Part shown: positions 58,012 to 64,000 of the stretch, piece after piece
How the letters are laid out: the number at the start of each line of letters is the position of its first letter
Position numbering within the stretch: the stretch's first letter is position 1
From: Eledone cirrhosa
Lineage: Eukaryota
Direction of reading: 5' to 3'
Length of the DNA: 64,000 nt
Assembly: GCA_964016885.1 (NCBI GenBank)
Contig: OZ024752.1
Span: 16,058,001-16,122,000, forward strand
Made by a program: the position numbers and the translations under genes
The notes under the pieces: model-generated
Databases searched by the model: none
What the model was told of the DNA's origin: nothing
The model's input: only the letters and a program-made list of their open reading frames with translations

Positions 58012-58727
58012 AGACCTGAGTACAGCCCATCCCTCTCCAGGCCTGACTGAGTACAGCCCATCCCTCTCCAGGCCTGAGTACAGCCCATCCCTCTCCAGGC
58101 GTGAGTACAGCCAATCCCTCTCCATCCTGAGTACAGCCCATCCCTCTCTAGGCCTGAGTACAGCCCATCCCTCTCCAGGCCTGAGTACAGCCCATCCCTC
58201 TCCAGGCCTGAGTACAGCCCATCCCTCTCCAGGCCTGAGTACAGCCCATCCCTCTCCAGGCCTGACTGAGTACAACCCATCCCTCACCAGGCCTGAGTAC
58301 AGCCCATCCCTCTCCAGGCCTGACTGAGTATAGCCCATCCCTCACCAGGCCTGAGTACAGCCCATCCCTCTCCAGGCCTGACTGAGTATAGCCCATCCCT
58401 CACCAGGCCTGAGTACAGCCCATCCCTCTCCAGGCCTGAGTACAGCCCATCCCTCTCCAGGCCTGACTGAGTACAGCCCATCCCTCACCAGGCCTGAGTA
58501 CAGCCCATCCCTCTCCAGGCCTGAGTACAGCCCATCCCTCTCCAGGCCTGACTGAGTACAGCCCATCCCTCACCAGGCCTGAGTACAGCCCATCCCTCTC
58601 CAGGCCTGAGTACAGCCCATCCCTCTCCAGGCCTGACTGAGTACAGCCCATCCCTCACCAGGCCTGAGTACAGCCCATCCCTCACCAGGCCTGAGTACAG
58701 CCCATCCCTCACCAGGCCTGAGTACAG
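58012..58727. repeat. GC-rich 27-bp minisatellite with 31-bp variant
   Basis: Unit GGCCTGAGTACAGCCCATCCCTCTCCA; variant with an extra CTGA. Confidence 0.95.
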
Positions 58728-58816
58728 CAGATTTCTTCCAGAGAAAGATAGAAAATGAGAGAGAGAGGAAATGAGAAAGAGATATAGAAGAAGAATCACC
58801 CACAGTAATAGACTGG

Positions 58817-58879
<63 letters not shown>

Positions 58880-58960
58880 CGTTAAACAGAAATAGCAACC
58901 CAAACAGAATATGGAAGGAATATATTTGTTTGAAATAGCAGAAAGAGAATTTTAACGATT

Positions 58961-59007
<47 letters not shown>

Positions 59008-59078
59008 TAAGTTATTCCGGGTTGAATCGGAGGTAACCACAGTAAGTAAGGTACTCAATACATAGCAGAGTATAAAAG

Positions 59079-59488
59079 TTTTAATATAGATGAGATTCTA
59101 CAGGACTAGAACTGTTTCATTCTTTAGAAATCATCAGGAATCTGGCTTTCCAAAAATAAATGTAGTGGTATTTACATTTTTTCAGGTGGTAGGAGAGGGT
59201 GGGGAGTAGGATGGGTGGAGGTCATCTCTTAAAAATAAGGAATGGCACCCCATTCGGACCCTATTTATAGAATCCTTTCTGCTTTTGTCACTCTAAATAT
59301 AAAGAATTAGCTTTTAATGAATTCCCTTTTCTGTCAACCAATGACCTCCACCCATCCCACTCCCCACCCTCTCCTACCACCTGAAAAGATATAAATACCA
59401 CTATATTTATTTTTGGAAAGTCAGATTCCTGATGATTTCTAAAGAATGAAACAGTTCTCGTCCTGTAGAATCTCATCTATATTAAAAC
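59079..59488. mobile_element. HHR-bearing element, inverted pair
   Basis: 59079-59225 is the reverse complement of 59340-59488; shorter relative at ~56305-56435. Confidence 0.8.
59423..59473 (+). ncRNA. complete three-stem type I hammerhead ribozyme
   Basis: AGATTC-CTGATGA-TTTC(TAAA)GAAT-GAAA-CAG(TTCTCGTC)CTG-TA-GAATCT; inverted copy 59093-59143. Confidence 0.9.
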
Positions 59489-60017
<529 letters not shown>

Positions 60018-60773
60018 AAGCTGTTACATATATCATTTATGTCATTTTTGCAAGTTAAGTGTAAACGAGAAAAAAACCTACATAACTGATAAGTAATTAC
60101 TGCAGACATCTAACAGACTTGTGTTAACAACGTAGAGAGATAGTTGATACCAGGATCAAAGTTGTTTCATGTCAGGATCAAAGATGTTTACAGCTATAAA
60201 AATATGCTGTTTGGTCATCAAAGTACAATGAATTTAGGCCAGTTTCGCTATTTTCTTTTTCATTTATTTCACAAATATAATTAAAATATCATGAACAACA
60301 TATAATCTCGTGTGTACTGTGAGTCTGATATCCAAAAATTCTTAAATATTTTACCTCGTTTTTTTCGTAATACAAGAATGTTTATTCCTCAAATTGTAAC
60401 TACTAGAAGAAACAAAGCCATATAGGAAATATTCAATGAATATTTGAAATATTATTTACGTATGTGTGCCAACCTTTATTATATATTTTAATCGAGGACA
60501 CAGTATGACTGAATGGGTATTTGGAAACTGTTTGGAAGCCCTGTCACACAAAGTGTCACGCTGAAAATCCCTGAAAATTATGTTAAGTGTACACGTGTCT
60601 GTATCAGGCTCAGTCACTTACAGGTTAATAACATGAGCAGGCTACACAGTTGATCCAACAACTGGAACACCCATTATCGAAATCGGCACAAGTCCATTCC
60701 AATATTCCATTATTTATTTTATATTTCTAATTGCTCTCCCTATCTAATCACACACACATATTCATAGATATAT

Positions 60774-60813
<40 letters not shown>

Positions 60814-61189
60814 CTCCTCCTCCTCCTCCTCCTCCTCCGACTACTACTACTACTACTAATAATAATAATAATTTGTTATTGTAGTTGTTCCATTAAAGAG
60901 AAAAAGTATTGAGTCTTATAATAATTCATATATAAATATGTTTACACTGTTTACAAATGATCCCCTGTAATTGTTTGATGTGTTTGTTTTATATGTCATT
61001 CGACTTTTAATTTACTGTTAATAAATGCTCGGATTTATCACTTGGAATCTTTGAGCTTATTCTACAGATGGCATGCTTCTGATATTCACCTTCGTTTTGT
61101 TAGGAGAGCGATGAGTATCACAAATTAATTTAAAAGATGGGGATGTCTTTAGATTATTTATTGGGTCACCAGATGCACAACACAAAGTA

Positions 61190-61372
61190 AATAAAAAAAG
61201 TTATATCGAATACCATTATAACGTATTTTTCAGTATAACGAATTTTTTTACATTCCCCGAAGTATTAAAAACAAACGCTCGATTTGTCTCGGTCGATCTC
61301 GTTATAAAGAATCTTTCGTTACAACGATTTTTTTATACCCCGTGAATTTCGTTATAACGGAATTTCACTGCA
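61190..61372. mobile_element. degenerate Tc1/pogo(Tigger)-like MITE
   Basis: Repeated GTTATAACG/TATAACG subterminal motifs in both orientations; right end CGTTATAACGGAATTTCACTG. Confidence 0.45.
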
Positions 61373-64000
61373 TACCATATTTTCTAAAAGAAGCAAACAT
61401 TCTATAGATCTTGCTACATAGTTTAGTACATCATTAAGGACTTGAACAAGTTTTATATATATATATACATATATACATATATACGAGATGTCAACAAAAC
61501 GTGAAAGTTGAAAATAGAAATGTGATATCTGTGTGTTTGTACGATGTACGTGAAAATCGTTTGCTGTAATATGATAGTAAGTTTTCAGATTCTAAACTGA
61601 AAATCTTTCCCATTCTGAGTTCAAAACATGAAGTTTAGAACTTCTCCACTCCTCATATCCTGACATGATCAAACGTTTAAGATTTTATCTTATCGTAAAC
61701 CCATTATTTCATCAAATTAAAACTATTGCATTATACAAATAAACTATTGTTTGTACAGACATGTTTCGCCAGTTGAAATAGTAAAGTAGATGGAGTTGTT
61801 TTGTTATAAGAGTTAGTTCGTCAGTTAAAGATTCAACAAAATATCTTGCTGACAGCAATCGCACTTACATTTATAAACAGTACTACTATTATAGAGTAAA
61901 TATTTTGTGTGGAATTATTTTCTTTTAGGTGGCTGATGTACAATTTTCTTATATATGTGTGCCTCAAAATGTTAGAAACTTTTACCCAGTTCCTTATTGC
62001 GTCAAACTCACATTTTCTTTATTAAACATTATTTACAACATGGAGATTGTTTCTACTAGTACTTCTCATATACATTTTACTATCAAGTCTGCCAGCCAAC
62101 ACGGAAACAGTTACATGTTTGTTGTTCTCTCTCTTAGAAATAGAAGCAATATCTCGCTCAAATTATATCCAAACTTCTTACAAATCATGGGATGGTCTTG
62201 GCTAGAATTTCTTTTATTATAGGTATGACCAGGGCTATGTTTTGGCAATATCGGTAGTGCGTTGGACGACATGCTTTGTGGCATAGAGTTACATCCCTTT
62301 ACGTCCTGAGTTCAACTTCCGCCAAGGTTAGCTTTGCCTTTCATCCTTACAAGGTCATGAAATAAAGTACCAGTAACACACTGGAATCGATTTAATCGAC
62401 TTTCCCCTCAAAAACATTGTTGGCCTTGTACCTAAATCGGAAACTATTATAGGTTTACCCAATCAGCGTCTATTTTGGGAGCTAAAGAACAACACCAACC
62501 TCAACAACATTTATGTATTCTAATTTTGTTAACATCTCAATATTTTCTAAAACAACTGTACTACTGAATAAACTATTCATAGATCAATAAAGAGATCAAT
62601 TAATTGATTGTTGTCCAAATAATTCTAAAATATATTTTATTAGACGAACGACATTTACAGGAGATTTAATCTTTGTTGGTTACGGTGGTCAAATAGAGCA
62701 CAGCTATTTATATTCCGACGGAGGATATTGTCATTTTAAATTTACCTTTCTTTATAAGTTTGGTTGAGTGTCATTTAAGAGATACTTTACTGCCCTGCTG
62801 TAGTCAATCTAACTCACATTTTTGTTTGTGTGTTTTGTTTGTATTTTTACAGTCAACAAAGCTATTGACTCGAGGAGGTAAATTTTGTAGATTTTTAGGC
62901 TTACCGTGCTAATGCTTTGTTATTGTAAATGTATAGTAATAAATCATGTGTTTGTGCCAGAAACAAAAGAAGTTAGTTTAGTATTTCATAGTTACGGCTT
63001 CAATTCGCTTTTTATTCAAAACCATTTCTACTGGTCCAAACATACATACATTGTCCAAATTATTATTGTAAAATTCTTTGGAAGAAGTGAAAATTGATTA
63101 GAGAATTCGAATACATCACACTCATTTTTGATGAATGTGGCTCACTATAAACTGCATAGATGTTGGCTGGTTGTTTCATAGCACATCATACAAAACTTTT
63201 TCTATCATATATCATATTCTCTCTCTCTGTTCATCTTCATATATGTGTGTATATAGATGTGTAGAAAGAGTGTTCAATACGTCATATAGAGTTTATGTTT
63301 GCAGTTTAACAGTTAAACCCTCCCACGCTCCATTTTAGTAGCTAGGAACATTTGTACCAAAATGTTGGTTCAGTTAGCATCCAGTAGAGTAATTTACTGG
63401 AGTAGTGTGAAGATTGAAACCCAGTTGATGTTTAGTAAGGATTATATTTTGTTTGTTAGATGCATTTGAAATAAAATGAAATTATATTTCTCTCCACCCA
63501 TTCTCTATCTCTCTTCCTCTCTCTCTCCCTATCTATCTATCTATCTATCTATCTCTTTATATATATATATATATATATATATGAAACACAAATTTCAATA
63601 ATTTTGAAGCCCAAACAATGTAATAGAAAGAAAAGATAATCGCGCGCTAAGGTAACAAAAGAATCTTACCTTAGCAAGTTTAATGAACCCAATTATTTTC
63701 GGGTTTAAAAACGCATTATGAAGGGAATGACTTTATTAGTGAATTTAGGTTAAATCCGATCGATTTGTTTAAAGTCTCTAATAAGGTTACTCCCTTAATA
63801 ATGGGTTTTTAAACTCAAATTCTTTTGTTTTCTTGGAATTTAATTTTCTTCCTAACGCATTGTTTGGGCTTCAACATTATTTAAATGTCTGTTTCCTATT
63901 CCACAATGCGTCAAGCAAGCTACAGCACTGTTATATATATATATATATAATTCTCACTCATCACACACATACATATACATAGACACATGCACACACACAC

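Noticed and set aside
57781-58898. Overlapping repeat ORFs (GLERDGLYS etc.)
   Set aside because: 27/31-bp minisatellite that shifts frame; no coding evidence

Overview
Very AT-rich, microsatellite-dense animal DNA; repeat content suggests an octopus-like cephalopod (inference). One intact gene is visible: a single-coding-exon rhodopsin-class GPCR of the sex-peptide/myoinhibitory-peptide receptor family (36311..37504, +). Almost all other listed ORFs are translations of (TA)n/(CA)n or satellite repeats. The rest is a mosaic of (TA)n tracts interrupted by short mobile elements: decayed Penelope-like (PLE, GIY-YIG) fragments, tRNA-derived SINEs, non-autonomous Helitrons, CR1/L2-like and RTE LINE fragments, MITEs and two satellites. 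Main finding: reading by eye gives about 30 type-I hammerhead ribozyme (HHR) motifs from at least 10 sequence families, with covarying stems, palindromic stem III and core variants. Many lie in ORF-less partial-tandem units of about 320-700 nt (retrozyme-like). These are inserted in (TA)n, mostly as inverted pairs whose 3' ends point outward into the TA tracts. Folds and coordinates are manual and approximate, and ribozyme activity is untested.
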